A stretch of DNA of 58,216 bases, filler included, from Sluysia triapertura (Eukaryota), in the NCBI GenBank assembly GCA_046118255.1. It is 4 parts of 4 records of this genome, joined end to end, with 100 filler letters (N's around TTAATTAATTAA, not from the genome) between each part and the next. Parts side by side here need not be neighbours in the genome. Positions count along the whole stretch, not along the records: positions 1 to 13,886 come from JBJNIA010015753.1; 3 more parts are not named here. The stretch is one strand, 5' to 3'. Under the pieces are notes generated by a model. The model was not told where the DNA came from and did no database searches. It saw only the letters and a program-made list of their open reading frames with translations. The translations under genes were made by a program, and so were the position numbers. Of the stretch, positions 1-13,886 are shown piece by piece (positions within the stretch are counted from its first letter, which is position 1; every line of letters begins with the position of its first letter).

Positions 1-518
1 CTTCACATAACACCAATCGTTCTTACTTTACATTTTATTACATATGTGAGAAATATTAGATTTCGAAAGAAAAGATTGTGTAAATTTAAGATAAAGATTT
101 ATGTAGTTTAAATTTATTTAATAATAATATTATTATTATTATTATTTGTAATATTATTATTATTATTTGTAATATTATTATTAATCATAAAATAATTTAA
201 TAAAATAAAATTATTTAATTGTCGCCAATCATCAATGGTGACACTTTATTCGTTATTTTTATTAGTATGTCACTATTAATGGTAGTTCAGTACCACAAAT
301 TAGTTAGTTACACCAACATCCAATCACGACGTAAAAATTTTACAGAGTATTAAATGAGTCATGATTGGATAACCAATAGGCAAACACTCAGTATTAATAA
401 ACTATAGTTGTTATGAGTTGACGAAGAAAAAGAAAATATTATTACTTTTGTGTAAATGTTTTCAATTTAACCTTGTTAAAAATAGTGCAACGAGACATAA
501 AATAGACTACAAAATACG

Positions 519-3193
519 ATGGACTCAAAAAGTTTTTCTGAAACACTGGAATCGGACGATTATTCAAATTTTAGTTATGCACAATGTTGGAATCTATCTG
601 AGTCACATTTTAAATTTCCTAAAACGCGATCTGATTATTTTTATGACAAAAGTACATTTTTTGAAGGACGAACTCCAAATGCAAATGGTATGATTTTCAT
701 TCCTAGATTAATGTCACGAGATTTGAGACAAAAATTAGAATGCAGAATCATTAATGATAATTATGTAGAATTCGATGTAAAAAAAATGTACCTCAATCTT
801 GTAGAAATATAAAGTCTTCAAACGAACCAGTATTTTCCAACAATGTACTAGTTTACTTAAGATGTCTAGACGATGGTTTTAATCGAAATGAAACAGCTGA
901 TATAGATAGCGATTATGATATAGAAAACAGGGATCAGTATGATTTTGGATATTATTATCAGAAACTGTCGAATCCTTTACTAAACTTATACCAGTCAATC
1001 ATTAGTAATTACAGTATGATCCAATCAATTCACCAGGATTACTCATACAGGGTTACAAGCCGAATTGAATTTATAATGACATACAAAACAGTACATAAAA
1101 TTTTTGATGCCATGAAATTCCTAAAGAATGATTACCGAAAGTTTCAAATTCTAACCCATCAATTGATAGTTCAACTATGTCAAAAAAACGATTTTATATT
1201 CCAATCTTACGAATTAATAGTCAACTCCAGCACAACACTATAATTTTTGCTCTATTACAAGCAGACATTAAGATGTTTAAACATTATGACGCATACATTC
1301 AACGAAGAGGCGAATTCTACTCATTTAGACAACCCCAAGATTGGATGCTATGCTATATATTTAAATTTAATTAATGGTCTGAAACCAACGATGCAACATC
1401 AATACTCTGGCAAATTATCACAATACAAGTCGTTAATAAGTGAATCTATAGATAAAGAAGATCCCGAGTTTTTTATTAAAAACGTTTCCAATATTAAAAC
1501 AATTCGCGTGAGTTCTAGTTTTATACATTCATTAACTTTTATTTTAGTTCATAGAATTATCAAACTGGTCGGTGAAGCCCAACAGAGTGTGGCGTGTAAC
1601 AAAAAACAAGAAGAAAAAACAAAACTTTAAATTTAAATCCAATTTATTTAGTGATCAAATATATATCAATTAATGTCTTCCTGTTAAATTTTCAGATTCA
1701 TATTTTAAAAAGATTTTTAATCTCACCTAGTAAAACCGCGACGATCATAGTGTGTTAAAATTAAAATTAATGTTGATAAATCTTTTGATACCATTGAAGT
1801 TAAGTTTATTCAATTCGTATTTAAACACATTAAGACTTATAACTTATTAAAAGATGCTAAAATTAAGATTATACGATACTGGGCAAGCAAAAAAAACACA
1901 TAGATAGATTTTATTAGAAGTTTATGCAACCTGTCTAACATTAAAGTTCATTACGAAACTGTCTTCAACGTAATTTAAAAATAAAGAATACCATACTGGT
2001 AGTGATACATAAAAACTTAATAACGTCGCGAAATTTAAAAATTAAAAACTTATTCAAACATTCCAAAATCGTAAAACTACCAAATACCGTAAAAATATAT
2101 TGCTTGACACATTTTCTTCTTCTTTCTTTTAGTTCATACCCATCACCAACAAATCAGCAAGAGAAACAGTACGAGCCGTCATTGACTCTAAGAGCCGACT
2201 TGGATAGATTCCGATCCAACTGTGATATAATTGGATGATATAATAATATTGATACTTGTAATAATGATTATGTTTTATTTATAATTATTTTATTACTATT
2301 TCTTATTAATAATTAATCATGCAACAAGATTAATTCTCCAAGTTGGAAGAAGATCTCGTGTAAAACCTTATCTTAAGGAATTACATTGGTTGCCAATAAA
2401 AGCAAGAATAGAATTCAAAATAATGACAATAATTTACATTACAGAAGTGCTGAATATCTTTTAGAAATAATATAAAAATAGGACACCAAGATGAATATTT
2501 CATTGAGACATAATAATAATCTATACAGAATCCACACTGATAATAACAGCTAGATGATAGGTTGTATACCGTTTATGTTTCAAAAACATACAACCAGAGA
2601 ATGTCAAATTACTGGAAGATTATGAAATATTTAAGAAAAAGACAAAGTTGTTTCTGTTTCAGAAATATTATAATGCATGATTTATTTTAAGCGCTCTGGA
2701 GTACTTACTTTGTAGTAGATGTGAACGTAATATATATATATATATATATTATTCGTGAAAGTAACACTTAATTAGAATAGTATAATATAGCCGATAAAAT
2801 CAGTCACGAATGAAATGTTGTTATCAAGTACTGATGTGTACAACAACAAATACTGTTCCAAGAATCCGTACTGTTCGCAGTTCAGCTCAGATAATTGATT
2901 GATACTTTCATCTGAATGGAACTGTACCTGGTCTATTTACGATATTCTCGACCTTGTTCACAGGCATCTAGACATGCATGACATACTTGATCGTCCAATA
3001 CGTATGATGCAGTAACTTTGCTGGATACTTATATCCGAAAAGCAGTTTCCACGTTATCATGAGAAGTTGTACTGATTGAGGAAGAGCATGAGATAAAGTT
3101 AGTGTTCATATCGAGATCGTGTCATGCGTAGAAGCCGGAGTAGATGATGATGATGATGATGAAGATGATAATAGTGATGATGATGACAATTGA
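519..3193 (+). pseudogene. Long decayed intronless ORF of unknown family
   Basis: ORFs 519-812, 1016-1243, 1177-1374 and 1247-1630 can be joined by frameshifts, the first two in A-runs near 780 and 1185. The joined frame is open across 800-1016 (SNEPVFSNNVLVYLRCLDDG...RVTSRIEFIM). Coding-like sequence ends in an acidic tract DDDDDDEDDNSDDDDN-stop at 3193. Continuity beyond about 1630 is uncertain. Confidence 0.45.
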
Positions 3194-3349
3194 TTTAAGG
3201 ATTGTGAATTAATATTGGTTATAATTCCACATTATCTTCATATTCCTCATATTCATATATCTGTGGAAACGTCATCGCCATTCAGAGTTGTCAAGGCAGC
3301 TGTTATTGCTTTATCCCTTTGACCTTATTCGAACTATTGCTCAAAAAAG

Positions 3350-4020
3350 GTGAAATATTTAAAGTTATCAGCAATGACTCAATAATTAAATTAGACTTAA
3401 ATCTCGATATATTTTCAATACAAAATGGATGCAAATCGATCACAGAAAAATAAATATTCTCAATCATAAATCAAATGTCTTTATACAATCAGTTAATCAA
3501 TGAAATACTCAAAATTCATGGGTATTGATGTCTGTTTTAAATAAGATAAATATATAACAGTGTGAGCCAAGGAATATCAATTTATGGCTCAGTCAAGTTA
3601 CTAAAGATGAAGCTACTCAATCACAGTTGTGTTGAAGCAGTTTTCCTAATGGAGTCAAAGTTTTTGTTTCATTTATCTTTTGCCGTTTTGTTACTCATTT
3701 CTTGCGATTATTTAATTAAAATGCGACCGGTTATGTTTTTCTTTTGAGTCGGTTACAAGTCGACCAATTTCCATTATTAAATTCCGTCTACTTCCAATTT
3801 ATTATCTTCCAGCAATTACCTTATTTACATAACAAAATCAAAATTTAAGATAATTATCACAACAATGTTCCCTGTTTTAATAATACATCAACTTAAAGTA
3901 AACAAAATTAATTAAATACCGAACACGTCGATTTCAATGACCTGTCTGAGGAATAATTTGATACACATTTTAATTATGCTTGAACATTACATGTATAAAT
4001 TTAACTTTACATTATAGAAA
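3350..4020. repeat. Dispersed repeat, copy A (inverted homologue at about 41720-42625)
   Basis: Colinear blocks such as GTCAAGTTACTAAAGATGAAGCT, CTAATGGAGTCAAAG, TATGCTTGAACATTACA and CTCAATAATTAAATTAG match the reverse complement of 41720-42625. Boundaries are approximate. Confidence 0.8.
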
Positions 4021-5419
4021 ATTAATTAAAATAATGATGTGCTTCGTAACATTATACTTTAGTTAGTATGTTATTTTCTCATATAATTATTAAACCAATG
4101 TTTAATTAACTTAAGTAATGAATGTACTTTTATATTTTTTGTTTTCTTTTTAATTTAAACATTTTGCAAATACATCCCTTAAAGAACACAACTTTATTCT
4201 AGAAATTATAACATTCATCGATACTCCACACTCAATAATATCAATATAAATATCAATGGGCCATAATAAATAATACAGCAACAAAAAACAATAAAAACGA
4301 CGATAACACTAACAACATTTTAGATGATAATGATATTGTGTATAATCAAGTATAAATGTTAATGAAAGTATTGTTATCATTGTTGTATATTATTTGTTGA
4401 ATTTTAATAGCTGCGTTAGGTTAAGTTGAAGTTTGTTTATGAATTTCTTTATGCTTGTTATGTTTTGAGGTTGAGTTCACCACATAATTACAAAAATATT
4501 TATGTTTCAGAAGTTGCACTATGAATAAAGGAAAAATAATTTTTTACTCAAATTAATAAAAACAATAATTTAAATTATTTAACAAAGTCAGTTCAAGAAA
4601 AAATTGAACGGATGGGAAAAGTAAATGGGCACATTTTTTCAACGATGTGATGTATAAAATAATATTGTAAAATGTCATTATGTACACCGAAACAATCCGA
4701 AATACCTTGCAGCATAATAGTGATGACAGAACAACAATCTATAAAACGAACACATTTCCCATCATCACATTTCATATTCATCCAAGACCTTGAAAATTAT
4801 CCCCCCCATCAAAAACATGTCATGTATAATAACAATGACAATATACATTATCCATACACTTTCCAATCATCTGTAGCTAATAATGACAAAAAAGACATCA
4901 AACGATTTCTTTGCTAAGTAACCAAAGAGTTTGCAGCACTTCCAGCATTATGGCATGCGTAATTATTCTTAAAACTGTATATTTTATAACAAAGTAAATA
5001 TTATATATAAAAGTATTAAGATTAAATAGTATCAAAAGTAATTAAAATATCTGATAAAGGATATATAATCTGTGTAGAATTCATACGTTATTAACAAGTT
5101 AAAAATTTTTTATACCATTTGATTGTTTTTCTAATTTTTAATCCTTTTCTTTCGCCCAAAACTGTTTATTCTTCTAGGGAATACCATAAAGATGTTATGG
5201 TATCATCTTTATCTTTAATTTGATATAAAGATCTCTGAAAAAATGCTAGTCTTGAAAGCGTTAAAAAATGAATTCACAAAAATTACCATAAAATTGACAC
5301 CTGGATTAAATTATGCAATTAATAATAATTTAATAAATAATTAATAGAATTAATCACACCACTGATCGAGACCTTGTTTACAAATCGAAACAAGTAATAT
5401 TTGAAATATTATGGGATTT

Positions 5420-6017
5420 TCGATCGACTACGCAATTTTTGCATGAATAATGTAAACCTTGCCATCAATATTAAGTAACAAAACTCGATTTGAAAAATAA
5501 AAAATATTGAATTAGTTTAAAAATTCGGCATTATTTATCATAAAATATTTGATAAAGCAGTTATTGTTATTTAACAACTACTTAAAGAAATGCGTTAAAA
5601 AATGTACAAGATCTTATTTTTATAATGTAGAATGCCAGAAATCACAATTATCGAGGATTGAAAGATGAAGATGACATTTCACGACTTAATTTGAAATACT
5701 CGCCACATTATTCTCATTATTACATCAAATAGAAAATTTAGTTATCCAAGTTGGCGCGAAAAATGAAAATGAATTGAAAAGATAAATTTCTGATATACAT
5801 TTGAAGAAATAACCCTAGAACATTGTGCTGCTTCATACAAGAAAATGCTTTCATATTTATATAAAGCTCTAAACAGAGAAATAATCCTAGAATAACAACT
5901 AAATTTCTATTTTTGATTTTCAATTTTCGAATCTTTAAAACTAATTCAATGTTTTATTTTTCAAAAATTTAATTGGTTTCAAGGTTTACGTTATTCATGC
6001 AGGATTGACGTGATCGA
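5420..6017. mobile_element. Non-autonomous element with long (about 100 bp) degenerate terminal inverted repeats (Mutator/foldback-like)
   Basis: 5420-5528 (GCATGAATAATGTAAACCTTG...ATTGAATTAGTTTAAAAATTCG) is a diverged reverse complement of 5924-6017 (CGAATCTTTAAAACTAATTCAAT...CAAGGTTTACGTTATTCATGC). No target-site duplication was resolved, so the family is inferred. Confidence 0.6.
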
Positions 6018-6469
6018 CAAATGTGTTAATAATTTATAAATTTATTGTGAAATTTAATTTTAAATAAATCCTAATATATAACATTTTAAAATGTTCAACA
6101 CACCAATAAACGTAGCAATATTATCACTTATTTATTTTGCTTCCAGTTGTAAACATCCGGCACTGTTTTGCGAATTTTAGAAAGTTAACTTGTTAATGAA
6201 AAATCAGTGTAAAGAGTATACACTAGTGCACGGCTGGAGATCTTTTCATTCAATAAATGAGTTAGATAATCGAAAAATTCTATTCACTAAACAATGTGAT
6301 TTATCTGGAATGCGAAGGATAAGCGTTGATTATACATTGGTTTTAAAAATATTTCAATAGAAAATTCTATTATTAAATGAAAAATGATTTTACACAAATT
6401 ACAGTGTAAAATAATTTCAGATTTTGCTTATATATTTTAATTTTCTAGAAATGGTACATCTTCTCTAAC

Positions 6470-6734
6470 CATCTTGCATGCGCGGTAAACTGTCCACTAA
6501 GTGTCTGCAAGTTCTAGCAGGTAAATCTTTAGATCCCGTCGGCTTGATGATACTGGCCATACCGAGATGATGGGCTATCGCAGCTTCGTCGGATACCGTT
6601 TGCATAGTTAAAGCATTGGGAACCCCAGGCGGGCCTTGAGGACCTGGCGGACCCATGTTGCCAGGAGGACCTGGTGGTCCGCGTTTACCATCTACTCCTG
6701 GCAAACCTGGTGGGCCTGCGGGGCCAGTTTCACC
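6470..6734 (-). CDS. Fibrillar-type collagen, exon C: end of triple helix, telopeptide and start of C-propeptide (COLFI)
   Basis: 13 Gly-X-Y triplets, then ...[16 protein letters not shown]...DG, matching the PxGSxxxPARTCxxL start of the fibrillar collagen C-propeptide. Phase-1 donor G|gttaga. Later exons were not found in the window. Confidence 0.9.
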
Positions 6735-6772
6735 CTGAAAATATTATTAACATTCAAATAACAATAAATAAC

Positions 6773-7384
6773 AGTGTAGCCTATTTCTCCTTGGAGACCA
6801 TCAACACCGACAGGACCTTGCACGCCAGGTAGCCCAACGCGACCCGGATATCCAGCTGCACCTTTCTCACCTTTATTACCCATTATTCCTGGATCTCCAT
6901 CTGCCCCAGGAGGTCCGGTAATTCCTTTCCACCCAGGCAAACCAGGTCGGCCAGGACTTCCTTGTACTCCAGTTGCACCATTTTCACCTGCTCTTCCTGG
7001 ATTACCCATTGGTCCTTGGTCTCCAGCTATACCTAGTTTTCCAGGTTCTCCAAGTTCTCCTGCTGGACCGGGCTTCCCAACTGGTCCTGGAGGTCCAGCT
7101 TCTCCCTCAGGCCCTGCTGGTCCCTTAGGACCAATATCTCCACTGGGACCTTGCAGTCCAGGATTACCTCGAGAACCTGCAGGGCCTGGTGGACCTTGTT
7201 CTCCCTCATTTCCTTCTTTTCCGATAGGCCCTATTTCCCCCATAGGACCCGGTTTGCCTGGCGGTCCTTGTAATCCAACTGGACCGTCCTCACCAAGTTT
7301 ACCCGGCGCTCCGGCGGCCCCTGGTAGACCACTTGGTCCTATATTTCCTATCGAACCTGGAGTTCCAGGAGCACCTTGTTTTCC
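6773..7384 (-). CDS. Fibrillar-type collagen alpha chain, internal exon B (204 codons)
   Basis: Uninterrupted Gly-X-Y. Acceptor cttcag|GGA, donor ACT|gttatt. Followed by a 38-nt GT-AG intron (6735-6772) that explains the frame change between the two track ORFs. Confidence 0.93.
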
Positions 7385-8004
7385 CTGAAGTAAAAAATCA
7401 AAAGATCCAATTAAATATGATGCAATACATTTTTGAATTTTTAGACAAATATAATTATTTGTGTATAACTAGTTTCTCCATTTTCATCACAAGTTACGAA
7501 TAAATAAGAATGAGAAAGTATAAAAACAAATAATAAAATCAATTTCGACCTGAAATACTCTTCGTGCTGCTGCATACATGCGTGTGGGCAGCGAATGACC
7601 ATGACACAGCTTTCTCTTCTAATCTTAAGATGAAGCTCGTATTGATCTTTTGCGTAATAAAATGCTGAAGATTTTACTTACATTCGAGGAGGATGGACTG
7701 TTAACATGCTAATTAGGGAGGAGGAAGTTATCTAATTATTTCTGTCGCAGCAACAGTTATCAAGACACAAATAATTGTCTTCCATCAGATAACGTATTGT
7801 TAGTGTGTTCATGACGACATTGTTTAAAAAAGAGAGACACTCCTTAAGAATGATACCAACGAGAGATCATTTATCAGCATGGTTAACGTTTTTATAATTG
7901 GCTGGTTATGTTATTACACAACATATCTTATTTAAACAAGATCGCAACACAACCACGATGCGGGGAGTCGCTGTCCATCTTTATTGAGACACAATAAGAC
8001 ATTA

Positions 8005-8200
8005 TAATTATTATTTTATTATCATTATTATAATTATTTAATTATTATCATAATTATTATTACAATTATTATTATTAGTAGTATTAATATTAATTAGTAG
8101 TAATAGCAGTGGTAGCAGCAGTAGTAATAGTAGTCGTAGTAGTAGTAGTAGCAGTAGTAGTAATAGCAGTAGTAGTAGTAGTAGTAGCAGTAGTAGTTAG
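8005..8200. repeat. (TTA)n grading into (TAG/CAG)n microsatellite in collagen intron
   Basis: Directly visible trinucleotide repeats. Confidence 0.9.
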
Positions 8201-8299
8201 AATGGTAAAGAACACAAGAATGAACAATAACCACCACGAGTTGCAATGATGTAAATGTTAATATTCTAGACAATATTTGATTGCTTGGTTTTAGTTTGG

Positions 8300-9500
8300 T
8301 CCACTTATCACTCTAAATTTCGATGTATTTATTACATAAGTTAAAACTTGTTCTTACAAAATGAAGTGCTAAATCCAATATCTTTTCAAAAATATCGATG
8401 TTTCGAATATAGTTGCTACTGGAATAATAAGAATAATATTTTTTGCATCTTTAAATTTATGTTTACTAGTTGATATTAAAGATGATGAGCCAATTGGTTG
8501 TTATTGAACCATTTGGAATTTAAGAACGAATTTGAATATCTAATAACAAATGAATATGAAGACGGATGTTAGCAAGAGCACTTTTTATCAGGTCATACTG
8601 GAAATACCTCATGTTTAAAGCATTATTGTCAGAATGTTTTAGTTCTGGATTACGTTTCTTTCAACACGAATAGCGAATAAGCGATATTTATTGAAATTAA
8701 ACTTTATTTCATTGTTTACTCGTTTTAAAATAATTAGACGCATCATTTGTCCATTCAAGACGAATAATAAATCTCCATCATTACTCCACCTTTTTGATGA
8801 TGAATTTCATTATTGTCTAATGACAATGGACCATGAATAGCGTTTAATGTTCGCATTTCTTGACTCAATGTGACGACCAACACGAGGGATATGTTTCAGA
8901 GAGCTTTAGGCATTAGTTAGTCGCATACATTTGTAATTTAGAAATAATAAAGGTATGTGGAATTGATTGCTTGTCTTTGAACATGATTATGATTACAAAA
9001 TTTGCTAAATGTTTCTCTTTGTTTCATTGTCTTACTTTTGAGTGGTCAAATTCCACACGATTTTACATAAATAAAAAACAAAATAAATTAATTTATTCTG
9101 AAGTATAAAATGTATGAGAACTATGAAATGGAATATATATTTGATCTTTTGCACGATCACTTCACAAACTATTTGGTATTTGCGTATCGGATCTGGATAT
9201 CTGGTGTAGGAATGTTTAAAGGGATAATGCTATACATTGTGCGAGTATTTAAGTGAATGGTACATGACCAATAAGGAATTATTTAGTGATTTCTAGACGT
9301 GTGATAAGAAGTGAAATTGCTGAATTAAGTTGTAGTAATATTTTAATATGAGCTGGCTTTGTAAGGTGTGAATTTTATATGGTGTTCTGTAACTCTGAGA
9401 TGAATCTAATTCAAATATTGTATTCACATGAATTGTTTGAGCTTGTGGATGATTCATAGGATGAATTTATCAAGTGTATTGTTATTGTTAACGCCATCAT
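8300..9500 (-). mobile_element. Possible highly decayed non-LTR retrotransposon remnant in collagen intron
   Basis: Minus-strand fragments resemble a degenerate zinc knuckle (PSCWSSHxVKKC) followed by KGGVMMEIY (APE endonuclease GGV-like). Many stops; weak. Confidence 0.25.
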
Positions 9501-9709
9501 TTCGTATTTATGTAGTCTGACTGTTTTAGATTATTTAAATAAAAGTTAATTTTTTATTTTAAATTAATTTTTATTTATATAAACAAAAATACTTCAATTT
9601 ATTTCTATTAAGAAACTAAAATGATGGAACAATTGCAGAAATGTGTCGACCACTGCATACAAATCATTAATTTCTTACTTAATCAATAATAAATATTCGC
9701 AATACTAAC

Positions 9710-10408
9710 CTGTACCCCTGGGGATCCGTCCCGACCTGGTCGACCAGTAACACCTTGCTCTCCTCGCATTCCGATTGGGCCAACAGGTCCCATTTCACCT
9801 TGAGTACCGTCTCGACCATCTGGACCTGCTATACCTACCTTTCCAATTGGGCCTCTTGGTCCATCAAATCCAGGTTTACCAGAAACTCCGTTAGATCCTT
9901 GGGGACCATCTGGACCCTGCTTTCCGCGTTGTCCTCGAGATCCAGCTGCACCAGGTAATCCACGTGGGCCTTCGTCTCCTGGATTTCCGGGAATACCCTG
10001 CTTACCTGGAGTTCCAGGATTACCATCAAGTCCAGATTTGCCAGGTTTTCCAGGTACTCCATCTTTACCAACAGGACCTGGAGGCCCCTGAGAACCATCT
10101 GGACCTGGTGGACCAGGAGGACCCTTGACACCAACCAAACCAACCTTACCTATAATTCCTGGCAGACCCGAACGACCTGGTTTTCCAGGATATCCTTTAT
10201 CACCTGCTTTTCCCGGCAATCCAGGGGACAGACTTGCACGAGAACTTACTCTAAGAACTGGGCCTTGCATGCCTGGGCTACCAGGGGGTCCAGGTGGGCC
10301 TGCTGCACCTGGTAATCCCGGATTTCCGTCAGTAGCTGATTTGCCTTTAGTACCCTTCTTTCCTCGACTACCTGACAAACCAGGAGAACCTACTGTTCCA
10401 GGAAGACC
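9710..10408 (-). CDS. Fibrillar-type collagen alpha chain, internal exon A (233 codons)
   Basis: Gly-X-Y frame bounded by acceptor ttgtag|GGT and donor CAG|gttagt (phase 0). Contains the non-helical interruption [11 protein letters not shown]. Confidence 0.93.
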
Positions 10409-11029
10409 CTACAATGTAACATCGAAAGTATTATTAAGTCTTTTCGTTATGATAATAATAATAATAATTTGATAATGATTAATGATTAACATATACAATT
10501 AAAGTAGTTATTATTCCAAAATCAATATTTACTTCATTTTCGAGCATTATATACATAAATCTTTATTATCACTCATTGCGCTCTAGAATCAACAATGTCT
10601 GTAGTGAACTCAAAATTAAAACACTACAAATGTAAATACAATCACTAGCACACACCAACACAAATTAACACATCTTAAACAAAATACTGAACAAATTTCA
10701 ACAAACAAGATGCATGAAACACAAACCCAATCATAATATCATGGACATTTTAGAATTTTTATCAAAATTTAAGATTCATGTTATTTATTGTTGTTGATGT
10801 TGTTGTCATTTAAATAATATAATGTTTTAGCCACTTCTCATGTATCTTTTATATGTTACCTATTGTTTTATTTATCATTTATTTCAATTTTGTTATAATT
10901 ATTAAATTTTATTAATCCTTATATTACTTATTGTTAATTTAAAACTTAGTTTTGATAAGTATTTAAATTTTGTAAGACTTAATTATTTTTTTGCATTAAA
11001 ATGTGGCAAAATTGAAATAAGGACGGAAT

Positions 11030-11895
11030 ATAATAATGTAATATATACGATCGCATATTCATGTAAATTCGGTATTAAATTACGCATTCTTTTTATGAAG
11101 TCTATCTATTCTGTTCCATTATTCGGTTTTCTCTTTTTTACTACTTATTTCCATTTCGAAGAAGCATTTTCAATGGTGTTTAAAAATGAAGAATAAGGAG
11201 GTAAAATCAAACTCGACGTTTCTCGCTCTAAACAAATCTCACATTATCCATTATGAACAATATTCTTTCTCTATTTTTTCCTTTACTTTTTGTCGATCAT
11301 GTTGTTAAGGAATTGAATGTAGGACGGGGAATTAAAAGCAAAATCTTGGGATTTCTATGCGAGATTTCTGATTGGAAAATTGCACACCATACCGATACAT
11401 TTCTCGACCTTATTTGTGGCACAACAATAACCGCAAGCGAATCAGCTTCAGATGTCTTCATTGAAACGTTGAACCTTGTCTCATCGAAGAAAATATCTAT
11501 GTTCGATACTGCAAAAATCTTCTTGCATAAGCTATTTTCTCATCAATATTTTCTACAGTGCTTGTGAAACTCTTAGTGAATACTTGAAACTCACAATATA
11601 CTTAGCAATTGCAGTTGTAGAAACAGCGATATTAAAAACTTGTTCACATTTACCAACCAAATGTTGATCAACCCACTATTTCAATGTATCTATATTGTCC
11701 TAATTTAATTTTCGCAACACCCTGCACCTTTAGGCCTAGCTTTAGTTTCCCGGTTTTAACATAAGAATCCACAATGGAATAAAGGGTTGATAATTCCACA
11801 TCCATTATACTCGAAATTTCATTCTTTTTCATTCCGGATACACATGCTTTTGTGCCATTTTCTCTTACTTCATTTCTAATGGCTTTTTTAATCAT
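11030..11895 (-). mobile_element. Tc1/IS630-family DDE transposase pseudogene
   Basis: N-terminal HTH-like ORF 11668-11895, then minus-strand motifs IFFDETRFNVSM, IMDNVRF and ILPPYSSFLNTIENASSKWK, interrupted by frameshifts and stops. Confidence 0.88.
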
Positions 11896-12079
11896 TTAAT
11901 ATAGGGTAATATAAACCTTATAAACTTCAAAAATAGTACAAGATTCTTAAAAATATTTAAAAATAAGGGTTGAAACCCTGCTGTATCTAGCATAAATAAA
12001 TGAAAACAGTTAGTAATATTGTATCATATGTGATCAACAATTCGAACCATTGTGTGTGTGTAGTAGTAGTAGAGTTATA

Positions 12080-12253
12080 CTGTAAAACTTCTTTTATTCC
12101 CCAGGGAAATAACCATTTCCTCATAAATTTTTAATGGTGGGAAATGTTACAAGTTTTCTTAAAAGTTATTTTCCTTCAATAAAGATATAAACAAGGTGGG
12201 AAAATAAGAAATTGAGAATGATTATAGATTAAAAAATAAAAGAAGTTTTACAG
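12080..12253. mobile_element. 174-bp MITE, Tc1/mariner superfamily type
   Basis: Perfect 19-bp TIR CTGTAAAACTTCTTTTATT / AATAAAAGAAGTTTTACAG flanked by TA on both sides. Confidence 0.85.
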
Positions 12254-13746
12254 TAGTAGTAGTTGTAGTTGTGGTGTCTCAGTTATATCCTGTACTTTTA
12301 TTCCCACGTACAGTCACATACTTACATAAAAGTCATTCGCTAATACTCTTGACATTTCACAATCTCAACTCACATCACAAAATTCAAAAATCAAAAATCA
12401 AAAAAAATCTCCAACACATAAACTATTAAAATAAACTATTATTATAAATTATGAATGTTGGTTCCGCTGATATCGCTTTTCTAATTTGTCTCAACATAAT
12501 TTCCTGTTTCGTCCTCTTTCTATTAGTATGTATGTTTATTTATTTGTTTGTATTTTATCTCTGAAGAGAAGAAATTTCGTGCTGAAAACATATTGAATAA
12601 TTATCCTGATAAATCATGGAAGGTGAACAATGAAATGACAAATTGAGAAGAACTTTCATCGAAATACAATTCACAGAATTAATTGATATTGAAGAAATGG
12701 AACTCAGAAATTGTGGATAAGCTTTTATCGAAATTCAGACGTCTCGTTCACGCGATTCAAATGAAAATTATCAAGTGTCGATGATTTCTACAGTACTTAT
12801 ATCATCATTAGAGTCTCATAAATTATGATGGGGCTGATGGAATTAGAAGGATTGATACAAAAAATTTTTACTTGTACAATATCTAACCAAAAACGGGACA
12901 GAGTTAAATTAGACTGTAATCAACTTTTCAATAACAATATTCAATTAAGTTTGAATTATGTAAAAATTTTAAGAAAGGAAAAGAAATTAATTTTTTGTTT
13001 AAATATACTATTTTTTAATTAAAACCTTACTTTTGAAAAAGTTATCACTACTTCTACAATGCTGAATTTAAAATCGAATGGAAATTCTTTCAGATTTATT
13101 ACTTCTTCTATCGATAACAACGATTATGAGGAGACTAACGATGATCACAATGACGATGATGATTATTTTATTGAACAAGCTATTTTCAAGCAGTAAAACT
13201 CGATGGAACTAAGCTTGTGGAAAGATTTCCGAGTTAATTTCGTGACTTTGGTGCAAAATATGAACGAACGTTTGATGAAAGAAATCGATGACAGGTCGAA
13301 GTTAAAACTAACTACTGAATTGCATTCTATGGAAATTGAAGATGAATGTAATGCGCTCGCAGTAAGTTATGGTGAATAGTTAAATTTGAAGTTGTCTCTC
13401 CAGATGTTTCTAGATAGAAGGCACAATTGCAGTTTATGTTCTGGATTTGGACTTGGTCTTGACTTTAATGCGGTGAATCTAATTCAAGAAGAAAATACAT
13501 GTGAAACGATGACACATCATTTACTTTTATTTAAAATTTTAAAAAGGTAATCAATGCAAGAGAACATGGTCATTGTTACGAAAACAAATCATTTGATGGG
13601 GTTTCATCCTTCATCACTGTTTCTGTAATACTCAATTTTGAATCTAACGCAAATTGTTTTAGATCTCTCATTTTGTTTATTATGATAATGACTATGAGGA
13701 GACTCATGACTACGATGATGATGATTTTATTAACAATAATGTTGAA

Positions 13747-13810
13747 GTAGTAGTAGTAGTAGTAGTAGAATTAGTAGTAGTAGAATTAGTAGTAGTAGTA
13801 GTAGTAGAAT

Positions 13811-13843
<33 letters not shown>

Positions 13844-13886
13844 AAGTAGTAGTAGTAGTAGTAGTAGTAATAGTAGTAGAATTAGT
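13747..13886. repeat. (TAG)n microsatellite at contig end
   Basis: Directly visible; runs into the linker. Confidence 0.95.

Noticed and set aside
9755-10472. ORFs 9755-9958, 9835-10143 and 10125-10472
   Set aside because: Shadow frames of the GC-richer collagen exon.
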